DNA of 26,548 bases from Spirulina sp. (GTDB lineage: Bacteria; Cyanobacteriota; Cyanobacteriia; Phormidesmidales; Phormidesmidaceae). The stretch lies in NCBI GenBank assembly GCA_044070495.1, contig JBIPSI010000049.1, forward strand, positions 1 through 26,548, written 5' to 3'. This document shows positions 1 through 8,868 of this stretch, one piece after another. The position numbers were made by a program, and so were the translations under genes. The first letter of the stretch is position 1. Each line of letters opens with the position of its first letter. The notes under the pieces are model-generated. The model was not told the DNA's origin, did not search any database, and saw nothing but the letters and a program-made list of their open reading frames with translations.

Positions 1-140
1 CGTCAGGGTAAAAATGCCGTCGATGAGCTCTTTGGGCTCATCGACTCTTCAGGGTGCTCGCCCCCTCCCCTTCTGCCTAGATAATCCTACGGCTCTGGAG
101 GCTTTCTCATTAAGCCTCACTTATCGCTGTGACTAATTAC
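1..140 (-). mobile_element. Probable terminus of an IS66-family (ISBst12-like) insertion sequence that continues beyond the left window edge
   Basis: On the minus strand the amine oxidase coding sequence ends abruptly at 141 and is followed by GTAATTAGTCACAGCG. This resembles the GTAAnnnnTCA terminal repeats I associate with ISBst12-type IS66 elements. The other end and a transposase are not visible. Confidence 0.4.
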
Positions 141-915
141 ACTCAGCCTTTTGAGTAAGCACTCGCAGGGGTGTTTGATCCCATTGAATTTCCTGCACGA
201 CTTGGCCGAGTTCAATCGTTAAATCCTGCGCTAGAAATTCTGGAATAACGCCAAAGCCTTGAGCGAATAAATCATCCTCACCATCAAATCCGCTGTCGCT
301 GTCGTACCAATAGGCCGACAGCCTTTCGATGCTGCCCGCATACTCCTGTTCCAGGTCGCTACTCAGAATAAAATTGATGAAGTGATGGGCCTCTGAAGCC
401 GGATCAAACTGCTCTATGAACGGCTTTATCACCTGCTGAATCGAGTCATCTGTGTCGCCATCCTGGGCGGTTTCAATCATTCTATAGACTTGATTTCTCA
501 ACGCCTCTAGGCGATCTTCCTCGGCGGTAGAGAAGGGTTGCCCTGATGTGGTGTAGGTGATAGAACGGTCGTAGCTGGTGGTGATTCGCTGGGCATTGAT
601 TTGGTCGGCTAACGCTGTGATGGGATTGCCCTGGGTACCATGGATCCAGCTTGCCCCCAAATCCAACGGGGCGTCGGCCCACTTAGAGCTTGTCCACACT
701 CGACCGCCAATCCGATCACGGGCCTCGACCACCACCACATCATGCCCATTTCCCTGCAATTCCCGTGCCGCCGCCAGCCCAGCCAACCCCGCCCCAATCA
801 CCACAATGCGCTTCTTAGGGGCTGTAGATCCTGGCGGATTGCCATCACCGCAGGCATGACTCAGGGATCCCATCAGCGCTAGGGCAAATAGCGTTAGGAA
901 ATTTCGCCGCTGCAT
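133..915 (-). pseudogene. 3'-truncated flavin monoamine oxidase family protein with Tat/lipoprotein signal
   Basis: MQRRNFL twin-arginine signal ending SHAC; FAD-binding GAGLAGL...EARDRIGGR and DLGASWIHG motifs. Only 260 aa, stopping just before the family's VIVTxPLGVL segment; full-length members are roughly 450 aa. Confidence 0.8.
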
Positions 916-1048
916 TCAGCACCTCGACAATGGGAGTGATCGTCGCCCTAGACTCAATTTGCCAGATAAGGCCGCTGGTCGGGACATTATCTGGCAAATG
1001 TGAGGGTTAAGGATGGCTGGTGGGCCTATCTGGTTGAGGATGCCGCTC

Positions 1049-2530
1049 CTAGGCTTGGGCCTTGACCCACTCCACCAGGGTGCGGACGCCAAAGCCAGTG
1101 CCGCCCGGATTGTTATAGCCGCTTTCCTTTTCCGTCCACACGGGGCCAGCCACATCGAGGTGTACCCAGGGGGTGTTTTCCACGAACTGCTTGAGGAACA
1201 GGGCGGCGGTGATGGAGCCACCGGGGCGAGGGCCCGTGTTTTTCATATCTGCCACGATAGATTTCATGCCCTCGAAGTATTTGGCTTCCATGGGCAAGCG
1301 CCAGAATTTTTCTCCGGCGGCGGTGGCGGCGGTGGCGAGGGCGGTGGCCAGATCGTCATCTTCGGTGAACAGTCCGGCGATGTCATCTCCAAGGGCCACA
1401 ATGCAGGCTCCGGTGAGGGTGGCCAAGTCTACAATGGCGTCAACGCCCAGCTTTTCGGCAAACACCAGGGCATCGGCCAGGGTGAGGCGGCCCTCGGCGT
1501 CGGTGTTGTTGACCTCAATGGTTTTGCCGTTGGAGGCGGTGAGGATGTCGCCCGGTCGCAGGGCGTTGCCACTGATCATGTTCTCTACGGCGGCACTGAT
1601 GAAGTGAACCTCAACGTTGGGCTTGAGCTGGCCGATGGCCTTGGCGGCCCCCAATACGGCGGCGGCTCCACCCATGTCAATTTTCATCATTTCGATGCCG
1701 CTGCCAGCCCCCTTGATGTTGAGGCCGCCGCTGTCGAAGGTCAGCCCTTTGCCTACAATGGCCAGCTTGCGGCTAGGGGTACCCCCAGGGCGATAGGTGA
1801 GGTGGATGAACTTGGGCGGCAGATCGGAGGCCAGGGCCACCCCCAGGTAAGCGCCCATGCCGAGGGCTTCACACTGGTCGCGTTCAAGGATTTCGCAGTC
1901 CATACCATGGGCGGCGGCGATGTCTTGGGCAGTTTGGGCTAGGACGGCTGGGGTCACCACATTGGCGGGGGCCGAGGTCAATTCTCGTGCCAGAATCACC
2001 CCTTCACACACCGCCTGGGCGGCGGCAATACTGGCCTCTTGGTCGGCCAAGTTCAGCAGAGTAATGTGATCTAGGGTGGCCTTGCCGTTGATCTTATCTT
2101 CAGACTTGAAGCGGTTGTCTTGGTGCAGGGCGAGGGTGGCCCCTTCGGCAGCGGCCTGGGCGGTTTGGGCCGGATTATTTTGGTAGATCGGCAGGCTTAG
2201 CCCCAGGGTGGCACATTTTTCCTTTTTGGCCAGCCGTGCAGCGGCAGCAGCGGCCCGACGCAGACCCTCTAAACTAAGACTATCGGCGGCCCCTAGACCC
2301 ACCAGCCCCAGCTTCCGTACCGTGGCCCCAGCGCCCAAGCGAATCACTGCTGTGGAGCCTTCTTTGCCCGTAAATTCCGTTTCATCAATCAGTTCTTGAA
2401 GCAGGCCAGAGGTCTGGGTATTCAACTCGGTGAGCGGCCCCGTAAGCGGCAGTGAGGCTTCCGTGAGACCGATAACCAGACAATCCCCTGACCAGGTGAG
2501 GCAAGTTTGAGCTGAGGCTTGGAACTCCAT
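1049..2530 (-). CDS. pepA: Leucyl aminopeptidase (M17)
   Basis: [28 protein letters not shown] and DLATLTGA metal-binding/catalytic motifs; 493 aa. Confidence 0.97.
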   Translation of the reverse strand: MEFQASAQTCLTWSGDCLVIGLTEASLPLTGPLTELNTQTSGLLQELIDETEFTGKEGSTAVIRLGAGATVRKLGLVGLGAADSLSLEGLRRAAAAAARLAKKEKCATLGLSLPIYQNNPAQTAQAAAEGATLALHQDNRFKSEDKINGKATLDHITLLNLADQEASIAAAQAVCEGVILARELTSAPANVVTPAVLAQTAQDIAAAHGMDCEILERDQCEALGMGAYLGVALASDLPPKFIHLTYRPGGTPSRKLAIVGKGLTFDSGGLNIKGAGSGIEMMKIDMGGAAAVLGAAKAIGQLKPNVEVHFISAAVENMISGNALRPGDILTASNGKTIEVNNTDAEGRLTLADALVFAEKLGVDAIVDLATLTGACIVALGDDIAGLFTEDDDLATALATAATAAGEKFWRLPMEAKYFEGMKSIVADMKNTGPRPGGSITAALFLKQFVENTPWVHLDVAGPVWTEKESGYNNPGGTGFGVRTLVEWVKAQA

Positions 2531-2709
2531 GAACCGATAACTCTGTAGATGGGCTGTAATAGAGATGGGCTGTCAGCAGGCCGGATGGCTGGGCCAAAGC
2601 CCTTGATTACTATAGCGCCCCAGCCTGTCTTCTTCATGGCGGGTGCAGAGGTTTGAATCGTGACCCTCTGATCGGATCTCTGGAGGGGTTGTCTTTAAAT
2701 TTGAGGTGG

Positions 2710-2737
2710 GTTGGGGCGCACCGCAGTGCGTCCGTAC
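2710..2737. repeat. REP-like short palindrome
   Basis: GGGCGCAC-CGCA-GTGCGTCC stem-loop followed by GTAC, in the divergent pepA/ccs1 intergenic region. Confidence 0.45.
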
Positions 2738-2779
2738 GAAGAATTGAGGTAGGTTGTCTATATATATATTTGTGGTTGT

Positions 2780-4171
2780 ATGACATCTTCTGAGGCTTCC
2801 CCAACCGGGATTTGGCATGGGTTGCGGCACTATTTCAAGCAGGATTTGCTGCCCCTGCTGGCGGATTTGCGCTTGGCGATTGTGCTGTTGCTCACCATTG
2901 CTCTGTTCAGCATTGCGGGCACGGTGCTAGAGCAGGGCCAAACCCTAGAGTTTTACCAAACCAACTACCCAGAGGATCCGGCCCTGTTTGGCTTCCTCAG
3001 TTGGAAGGTAATTTTGACCATCGGGCTAGACCATGTCTATCGCACCTGGTGGTTTTTGGCCCTGCTGATCGTCTTTGGGGCCAGCCTCACCGCCTGCACC
3101 TTTACCCGCCAACTGCCTGCTCTGGGAGCCGCCCAAGGCTGGAAGTACTACACCCAGCCCCGCCAATTCCAAAAGCTGGCCCTCAGCACCACCCTCACCG
3201 AGGCCGATTTGGCCACCTTGGCGACGAGCCTAGGAAAACGCCGCTACCGAGTCTTCCAGGAAGGCGACTCCCTCTACGGGCGTAAGGGCATCGTCGGGCG
3301 GATTGGGCCGATTATCGTCCACGCCAGTATGCTGCTGATTTTGCTGGGGGCGATTTGGGGCGCGATGACCGGATTTTTTGCCCAGGAAATTGTGCCCAGC
3401 GGCGACACCTTTCGGATTCAAAACATTTTTGATGCAGGGCCGTGGGCCAAGGCTCAAATTCCCACCGATTGGGCGGTGCGGGTGAATCGCTTCTGGATTG
3501 ACTACAGCCCCGACGGCAACATCGACCAGTTTTATTCCGACCTCTCGGTGGTGGATGCGGCGGGGACGGAGTTAGATCGCAAAACCATCCACGTCAACGA
3601 ACCCTTGCGCTACCGAGGTGTCACCCTCTACCAGGCGGATTGGGGCATTGCGGCGGTGCAGATCCAGCTCAACCAAAGCCCCGTGTTGCAACTGCCGATG
3701 AAGCTTCTAGACACCGATGGCCCCCGCTTTTGGGGAACCTGGGTGCCCACCCAACCCGACCTCAGCGCAGGCGTCACCCTCCTGGCCCGTGACCTGCAAG
3801 GCACAGTGCTGATCTACGACAACGACGGCCAACTCGCCGCCACCCTAAGATCCGGCATGGCCACCACCGTCAACGGCGTCACCCTGCGGCTGGTGGATGT
3901 AATCGGCAGCACTGGACTGCAAATCAAGGCCGATCCCGGAATTCCCCTCGTCTACGCAGGCTTTGGGCTGTTGATGATCGGGGTGATGATGAGCTACGTT
4001 TCCCACTCCCAGGTGTGGGCCTTGGTTCAGGATGGCATCCTCTACGTCGGAGGCCGCACCAACCGCGCCCAGGTCGCCTTTGAGCGCGAACTACTCACTC
4101 TCCTAGACACCCTCCCCACCTCGGCAGCCCTCACCCTAAATCCCTCTCCCAAGGTGGGAGAGGGACTTTGA
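2780..4171 (+). CDS. ccs1: Cytochrome c biogenesis protein Ccs1/CcsB (ResB family, system II)
   Basis: [41 protein letters not shown] and [15 protein letters not shown] motifs; N-terminal TM helices, a large soluble domain and a C-terminal TM helix. Confidence 0.95.
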   Translation: MTSSEASPTGIWHGLRHYFKQDLLPLLADLRLAIVLLLTIALFSIAGTVLEQGQTLEFYQTNYPEDPALFGFLSWKVILTIGLDHVYRTWWFLALLIVFGASLTACTFTRQLPALGAAQGWKYYTQPRQFQKLALSTTLTEADLATLATSLGKRRYRVFQEGDSLYGRKGIVGRIGPIIVHASMLLILLGAIWGAMTGFFAQEIVPSGDTFRIQNIFDAGPWAKAQIPTDWAVRVNRFWIDYSPDGNIDQFYSDLSVVDAAGTELDRKTIHVNEPLRYRGVTLYQADWGIAAVQIQLNQSPVLQLPMKLLDTDGPRFWGTWVPTQPDLSAGVTLLARDLQGTVLIYDNDGQLAATLRSGMATTVNGVTLRLVDVIGSTGLQIKADPGIPLVYAGFGLLMIGVMMSYVSHSQVWALVQDGILYVGGRTNRAQVAFERELLTLLDTLPTSAALTLNPSPKVGEGL

Positions 4172-4394
4172 ACGTGGCTGTTTCCGGCTCCTTCTCTCCG
4201 TGGGCTACTGTGTATACAAATCTTGTTTTTATTACGCAAGTTCTTGGAGATCCCCCTAAATCCCCCTTAAAAAGGGGGACTTTGACCTCAATCCCCTCTT
4301 TTTAAGGGGAGCTTTAACTCCGGTTCCCCCCTCAGCACAGGGGACGTTAACTCCGGTTCCCCCCTTAAAAAGGGGGGCTAGGGGGGATCGATCC
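4128..4394. repeat. Nested repeat: CCCTCACCCTAAATCCCTCTCCCA hairpin element containing a truncated, inverted copy of the CTAC-TIR mini-element
   Basis: Hairpin TCCCTCTCCCA-AGG-TGGGAGAGGGA. From 4205, CTACTGTGTATACAAATCTTG...GGAGATCCCCCTAAATCCCCCTT is the reverse-complement homolog of the right part of the 15000-15164 element. TTAACTCCGGTTCCCCCCT is duplicated internally. Confidence 0.85.
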
Positions 4395-4438
4395 GTTGAT
4401 GTCATCCCTGTTCCCGCTCTCATCTCAGCTACAACTCT

Positions 4439-5443
4439 ATGGATCTGCTTCGCTCCCTGCCCATTGGTCTTTATTTAGAACAGCCCGTCACCTGGCTGCA
4501 TCGGCTCGATCCGAGGGTGAAGATGGTGTGGCTGATGAGCATTTTGGTAACGCCCATTTTGGCCAATGCCCAGTGGCGCTTTGCCCTAGTGGGGTTGTTG
4601 TTGCTGTTGACGATCTCGGCTCGCATTCCCTACCGAGTATGGCGGCAACAGTTGGGCTGGTTGGCCTTGTTGAGCCTTGCCGTAATGCTGCTCACCTTTG
4701 TGATGCCCGATGGCCTGGAGGTGAGCCAACCCGACCGAATGCCCCCGGCAGAAGTGCTCAACCCAGCGGTATCGGAAACGCAATCTGGGACTGAATCGGG
4801 GGATCAATCAGCCGTAGAACCTGGCAATCAGGGTGAATCCCAGGCTGGGAATCAGCCCAGCCCACCGGAATCTGTCCCAGCCTTGCCCCAACCCACCGCC
4901 TACCGCTACGTGGTGTTCCAATGGGGGCCGATCACCGTTACCCGGCGATCCCTGGATTTGGGGATTCGGGTCGGTACTCTATTATTTACGCTGATCTACG
5001 GCACCAACCTCTATCTGCTCACCACCGCCCCCGAAGAAATTACCCTGGCCCTCGAAGCCCTGATGAAGCCCCTGCGCTGGTTCCGGGTTCCGGTCACAGA
5101 AATTGCCCTCACGGTCACCCTCTCTTTGCGGTTCATTCCCTTAGTGCTGGAGGAAGTACAAAACCTGGTGCGATCTGTACAGACACGGGCGATTAACTGG
5201 CAAAAACTGGGGGTACGCGGCTCGGCTCAGGTGTGGTTGGCGGTGGTGGAACGGCTGCTCGAAAATCTGCTGCTGCGGGCCGAACAAATTGCTGCCGCCA
5301 TGGAAGTCCGTGGCTTCACTAGCCCCAACCAACACCAAGTGCGTTGGTATCAATTGATCCTACGCCGCTGGGATTGGTTCGCCCTGGGGTTACTGGTCGT
5401 TCTCTGGTGGCTGCGGCTGTCCTGGGGCCAAAGTTCCCTATAA
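4439..5443 (+). CDS. Energy-coupling factor transmembrane component T (CbiQ/EcfT, Ycf92-like)
   Basis: WLHRLDPRVK, TTAPEEI, LSLRFIPLVLEEVQNL and AMEVRGF motifs; contains a low-complexity loop insertion. Confidence 0.92.
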   Translation: MDLLRSLPIGLYLEQPVTWLHRLDPRVKMVWLMSILVTPILANAQWRFALVGLLLLLTISARIPYRVWRQQLGWLALLSLAVMLLTFVMPDGLEVSQPDRMPPAEVLNPAVSETQSGTESGDQSAVEPGNQGESQAGNQPSPPESVPALPQPTAYRYVVFQWGPITVTRRSLDLGIRVGTLLFTLIYGTNLYLLTTAPEEITLALEALMKPLRWFRVPVTEIALTVTLSLRFIPLVLEEVQNLVRSVQTRAINWQKLGVRGSAQVWLAVVERLLENLLLRAEQIAAAMEVRGFTSPNQHQVRWYQLILRRWDWFALGLLVVLWWLRLSWGQSSL

Positions 5444-5446
5444 TCC

Positions 5447-5529
5447 AGCATCCGGACGGGTAAACCCCGTTATCCTGAGGATAAAATACCCGTTCATCCA
5501 GGATCTGGGCGAGGGCACCCCACCCCTAC
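5447..5529. repeat. REP-like palindromic cluster ending in CCCCTAC
   Basis: GGACGGGTA...TACCCGTTC arms enclose the palindrome TTATCCTGAGGATAA; the cluster ends GGGCGAGGGCACCCCACCCCTAC (reverse complement of a GTAG-type REP end). Confidence 0.55.
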
Positions 5530-5580
5530 CAATAACCAACAACCAATAACCAATACCCAACAACCAACAACCAACAACCC
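5528..5580 (+). repeat. STRR-like heptamer tandem repeat (ACCAATA/ACCAACA) x7
   Basis: Seven 7-bp units read directly, followed by ACCC and then the TTG start at 5581. Confidence 0.92.
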
Positions 5581-7329
5581 TTGACCCCACCCATCCCCGA
5601 TCCCCACCCCTGGCACCTGCGCTCTCTTCCCCTCAACCAGCGCACGGGTACCGAGATTTTCCAAGCCCTCTACGGCGATCTACTCGATCAGCCTCCCAGC
5701 CTAGAAACCCTGGCGGTGCTGTTGGAAAGTCCTTACCCGTTGCCAGAGTTGGCCCAACCCCACCAGGCCCATAGCCGCTATTCGATCTGTGCTGGCCCAC
5801 CCCGGTTTTGGGATGGACAACCCCAACTGTGGACGCCGGATTTGGGCGACATTCTACCCACCCTGGCCCAACGGTTACACGGGGGATCAGGGCTAAATCT
5901 CATCGGTGACGAAACTGACCTAGCCGAGCAAACCCTGCCCTTTACCGGGGGCTGGCTGGGCTGGTTGGGCTACGATCTGGCCTGGGAAATTGAGCGACTG
6001 CCAAGCCAGAATCTTGATCCCCTACCTTTTCCTGTGGCGTTATGGTACGAACCTGCCACGTTTGCGGTGTTGGATCATGCAGAACAACGGCTCTGGTTAG
6101 CGGCCACTGACGAATCTGACTTAGACCGTCTTGTTGGCAAAGTGGGGGATCTATCAGGCCAGCGATCTCAAGATTTCCAGGAGTCCCAGGATGGCCAAGC
6201 TTCTTTGGGGTCTCAGGATTTCCAGGATTTCCAGGATTCCCAAGCCTCTCAGGATTCTCAGGATTCCCTAGATTTACGAAATTCCGACCCGTCCCAAAGC
6301 AACGATCCCCAGCGATCCCAGGATCCAAAATCCCCCCTTACCCTAGGCATGACGGCTGAGGAGTACCAAGCTGCCGTGGTCAAAGCCAAGCAGCACATCC
6401 AAGCAGGAGATGTGTTTCAGGTGAATCTCTCCCTGCGGTTTTCCACCCAAACCACCGCCCCAAGCTGGGATCTCTACCGTCAGTTGCACCGCATTAATCC
6501 GTCCCCCTTTGCCTGCTATTGGCATACCCCCTGGGGCGATGTGATGAGCTGTTCCCCAGAGCGGTTGATTCAGGTGCGGGGAGATCAGGCCCAGACGCGC
6601 CCCATTGCGGGCACCCGTCCGCGAGGCCGCACCCCCGCCGAAGATGCCGCCTACGCCGAAACCCTGCTCAGCAACCCCAAGGAGCGGGCCGAACACATCA
6701 TGCTGGTGGACTTGGAGCGCAACGACCTAGGCCGCGTTTGCCAGTGGGGTACGGTGCAGGTGGATGAACTACTGACGGTGGAGTACTACAGCCATGTGAT
6801 GCACTTGGTGAGCAACGTGGTGGGGCAGTTGTTGCCGGATAAAACGGCGGTGGATTTGGTTCGGGCCGCTTTTCCGGGGGGCACTATCACCGGATGCCCG
6901 AAGGTGCGCTGTATGGAAATTATTGAAGCCCTGGAGCCTGTCCGTCGCAGCCTGTTCTATGGATCCTGCGGCTATCTGGATCGGCGGGGCTATCTGGATT
7001 TGAACATTCTGATTCGTACCTTGCTGTACGGCCAGGTTGAAGGGGGTCAGGTTGAAGGGGGTCAGGTTGAAGGGGGTCAGGTTGGAGGGGGTCAGGTTGA
7101 AGGGGGTCAGGTTGGAGGGGGTCAGGGTCACATCAGCCAGGCGGGGATCAGGGGTGACGGGGAAGGGGATTGCCCTCAAACACCTGCTACCGTGTGGGGC
7201 CAAGTGGGGGCGGGCATTGTGGCGGATAGTCAGCCTGACCGAGAATGGCGCGAATCGTTGCAAAAGGCCAAGGCTCAGCTTCTGGCGTTGGGGATCACGC
7301 TGGCGGAGGATGGCATCGAGAGAACCTGA
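5581..7329 (+). CDS. Chorismate-binding enzyme, aminodeoxychorismate synthase component I-like (PabB/TrpE2)
   Basis: LLES, FTGGWLGWLGYD, GDVFQVNLS, SCSPERL, RPIAGTRPRG, EHIMLVDLERND, FPGGTITGCPK and GAGIVADS motifs. GGTITG is PabB-like rather than TrpE AGTLSG. Two low-complexity insertions; TTG start uncertain. Confidence 0.88.
   Translation: MTPPIPDPHPWHLRSLPLNQRTGTEIFQALYGDLLDQPPSLETLAVLLESPYPLPELAQPHQAHSRYSICAGPPRFWDGQPQLWTPDLGDILPTLAQRLHGGSGLNLIGDETDLAEQTLPFTGGWLGWLGYDLAWEIERLPSQNLDPLPFPVALWYEPATFAVLDHAEQRLWLAATDESDLDRLVGKVGDLSGQRSQDFQESQDGQASLGSQDFQDFQDSQASQDSQDSLDLRNSDPSQSNDPQRSQDPKSPLTLGMTAEEYQAAVVKAKQHIQAGDVFQVNLSLRFSTQTTAPSWDLYRQLHRINPSPFACYWHTPWGDVMSCSPERLIQVRGDQAQTRPIAGTRPRGRTPAEDAAYAETLLSNPKERAEHIMLVDLERNDLGRVCQWGTVQVDELLTVEYYSHVMHLVSNVVGQLLPDKTAVDLVRAAFPGGTITGCPKVRCMEIIEALEPVRRSLFYGSCGYLDRRGYLDLNILIRTLLYGQVEGGQVEGGQVEGGQVGGGQVEGGQVGGGQGHISQAGIRGDGEGDCPQTPATVWGQVGAGIVADSQPDREWRESLQKAKAQLLALGITLAEDGIERT
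6160..6327 (+). repeat. In-frame degenerate 9-bp repeat (CAGGATT(T/C)C; QDS/QDF) inside the PabB-like gene
   Basis: Protein reads SQDFQESQDGQASLGSQDFQDFQDSQASQDSQDS...SQDP. Confidence 0.85.
7033..7126 (+). repeat. In-frame 15-bp tandem repeat CAGGTTG(A/G)AGGGGGT x6 (QVEGG/QVGGG)
   Basis: Six near-identical units start at 7033, 7048, 7063, 7078, 7093 and 7108, followed by a partial unit. Confidence 0.97.
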
Positions 7330-7371
7330 GATCGCTGTCGGTAAAGGGATTGCTCTAAAAGTAGGTGTCTT

Positions 7372-7448
7372 GGTGGTGGGCGGTGCCCACCCTACGATAC
7401 TCACCCCTACCATCGCGAAACATGTAGGGGCAGGGTCTCCCTGACCCA
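7372..7448. repeat. GTAG-type REP-like cluster
   Basis: GGTGGGCGGTGCCCACCCTAC hairpin; CCCCTAC...GTAGGGG inverted pair; GTAGGGGCAGGGTCTCCCTGACCC. Confidence 0.7.
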
Positions 7449-7651
7449 CCAACGGAGGGGCATCATCCAAGATTTTGTATCCGCCCTAGCCAGGGAAAAT
7501 GGGGGGCGACTATCAGCAACGGCGCAAATTAAATAGAGATTAAAACCTAGTAAGGTCTAGAATGGCGAACAGGTTTTAAAATAGGTGTTGCAAATTTGAC
7601 GGATCTTTGCGGCCTTTCCCTGTAGTCACTCCATCATCGTTCCTAACTTGA

Positions 7652-7924
7652 ATGAGCACAGAAACCTATCTCAATCATCCCAACTTTGGCCTGCTCTTCA
7701 GGGTCTGCATGGTCGAAGAGGGGCAAGAACTGTTTGCCACCCTCTATGCCCAGCGGTTGTTCTTTCTGGTCACAAACTCCGCCACCGAGGGCATTGTTTT
7801 TCAGCCCCTTGGCCGTAGCAATGCCCGCCAAATGCTGGAAAACCGGATGCGGCTGTTGCGTCGGGCCGGACAGCAAGCCGATTACGACCAGCTTCAGCAC
7901 ACCTATAAGCAGACCTTTCAGTAA
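7652..7924 (+). CDS. pipX: PII-interacting protein X
   Basis: ETYLNHPNFGLL and ELFATLYAQRLFFLV signature; 90 aa; directly upstream of pipY. Confidence 0.96.
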   Translation: MSTETYLNHPNFGLLFRVCMVEEGQELFATLYAQRLFFLVTNSATEGIVFQPLGRSNARQMLENRMRLLRRAGQQADYDQLQHTYKQTFQ

Positions 7925-7945
7925 CCTTTTCACCACGGCAGATCG

Positions 7946-8635
7946 ATGACAGCGACGGCTTCCGCCCAGCAGATCACGGCACGGATTCTGGAATTGCAAG
8001 CCAGCTTGCCCCCTACGGTCACCTTGGTCGCCGTGACGAAGCTCTTGCCCGTGGAGGTGATCCGCATTGCCTACGCCGCTGGGGTACGCCACTTTGGCGA
8101 AAGCCGCGTGCAGGAGGCCATCGCCAAACAAGCTGAACTTCAGGACTATTCCGACATTACCTGGCATCTCATCGGCCATTTACAAACCAACAAGGCCCGC
8201 AAGGCGGTGGAGCATTTTCAGTGGATTCATTCCATTGACAGCCTGAAGCTAGCGGAACGCCTGAACCAAGTGGCGGCGGAACTGGGCAAACGGCCCCACG
8301 GCTGTCTCCAGGTCAAAATCGTGCCCGACCCGCCCAAAACCGGGTTTGACCTAGCGGAACTCGATACCGCTCTACCAGCCCTCAACCAGCTTACTCATTT
8401 GGATCTCTGTGGGTTGATGGCCATCCCACCCCAACAGTCCAGCCCAGACGAAATCCAGCAGATCTTTGAGGATGCTAAACACCTAGCGGATCGGATCAAC
8501 CAATCAGGCTTTTCAAACCTACAAATCTGTCAGCTTTCCATGGGAATGTCTGGAGATTACCCGCTCGCCATTGCCGCTGGGGCAACGATGATTCGTCTCG
8601 GCACCACCCTCTTTGGCCCTCGGCCTACCCCCTAA
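7946..8635 (+). CDS. pipY: PLP homeostasis protein YggS/PipY
   Basis: LVAVTK (PLP lysine), FGESRVQE, WHLIGHLQTNK, LSMGMSGD and IRLGTTLFG motifs. Confidence 0.96.
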   Translation: MTATASAQQITARILELQASLPPTVTLVAVTKLLPVEVIRIAYAAGVRHFGESRVQEAIAKQAELQDYSDITWHLIGHLQTNKARKAVEHFQWIHSIDSLKLAERLNQVAAELGKRPHGCLQVKIVPDPPKTGFDLAELDTALPALNQLTHLDLCGLMAIPPQQSSPDEIQQIFEDAKHLADRINQSGFSNLQICQLSMGMSGDYPLAIAAGATMIRLGTTLFGPRPTP

Positions 8636-8862
8636 GCAACTGTCCCTAGGGGATGCACTGAAGCGGTGGTCTTCTCGCCTAGGGTGTCGAGCGGGCTACC
8701 ACCCCTAATTTTCACGCAGGACAGGCTAAAGCCTTTTCTCCACAAGGGTTTTGGCCTTCTGAAAGATTGCTCTGCGGACTCCAGCGGGGGCCTGTTTTTA
8801 GCCCTCTCCCAGGGAGATTTTTAACTAAATGTGAATCCCCTATCCGTTTTAAAAAATTCGTG

Positions 8863-8868
8863 TATACT
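8863..8868 (+). promoter_or_regulatory. Putative -10 element (TATACT) for a sepF transcript starting near 8876
   Basis: TATACT follows an AT-rich tract (TTTTAAAAAATT); a 9-bp hairpin begins about 7 nt downstream. Confidence 0.5.

Noticed and set aside
19..45. Perfect 10-bp hairpin GTCGATGAGC/GCTCATCGAC
   Set aside because: The hairpin is real but lies inside the presumed IS at the window edge; no function can be assigned.
128..140. GTGACTAATTA resembles a Tn7/CAST TnsB-binding end
   Set aside because: No terminal TGTACA, no repeated TnsB sites, and the orientation does not fit the truncation junction; an IS66-type end fits better.
1013..1942. 309-aa + strand ORF
   Set aside because: Antisense shadow of pepA caused by GC-rich codon bias; no recognisable motif.
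2640..2675. GGTTTGAATC resembling a tRNA T-loop
   Set aside because: No cloverleaf, acceptor stem or proper T-stem.
7033..7126. Tandem repeats as a possible CRISPR array
   Set aside because: No unique spacers, units too short and no cas genes; the same applies to the heptamer arrays and the ftn6 repeat.
6769..7470. ORFs 6769-7470 (-) and 7037-7444 (+) with pentapeptide-like repeats
   Set aside because: These are alternative readings of the 15-bp repeat inside the PabB-like gene.
7450..7651. NtcA site upstream of pipX
   Set aside because: No GTA-N8-TAC found by eye.
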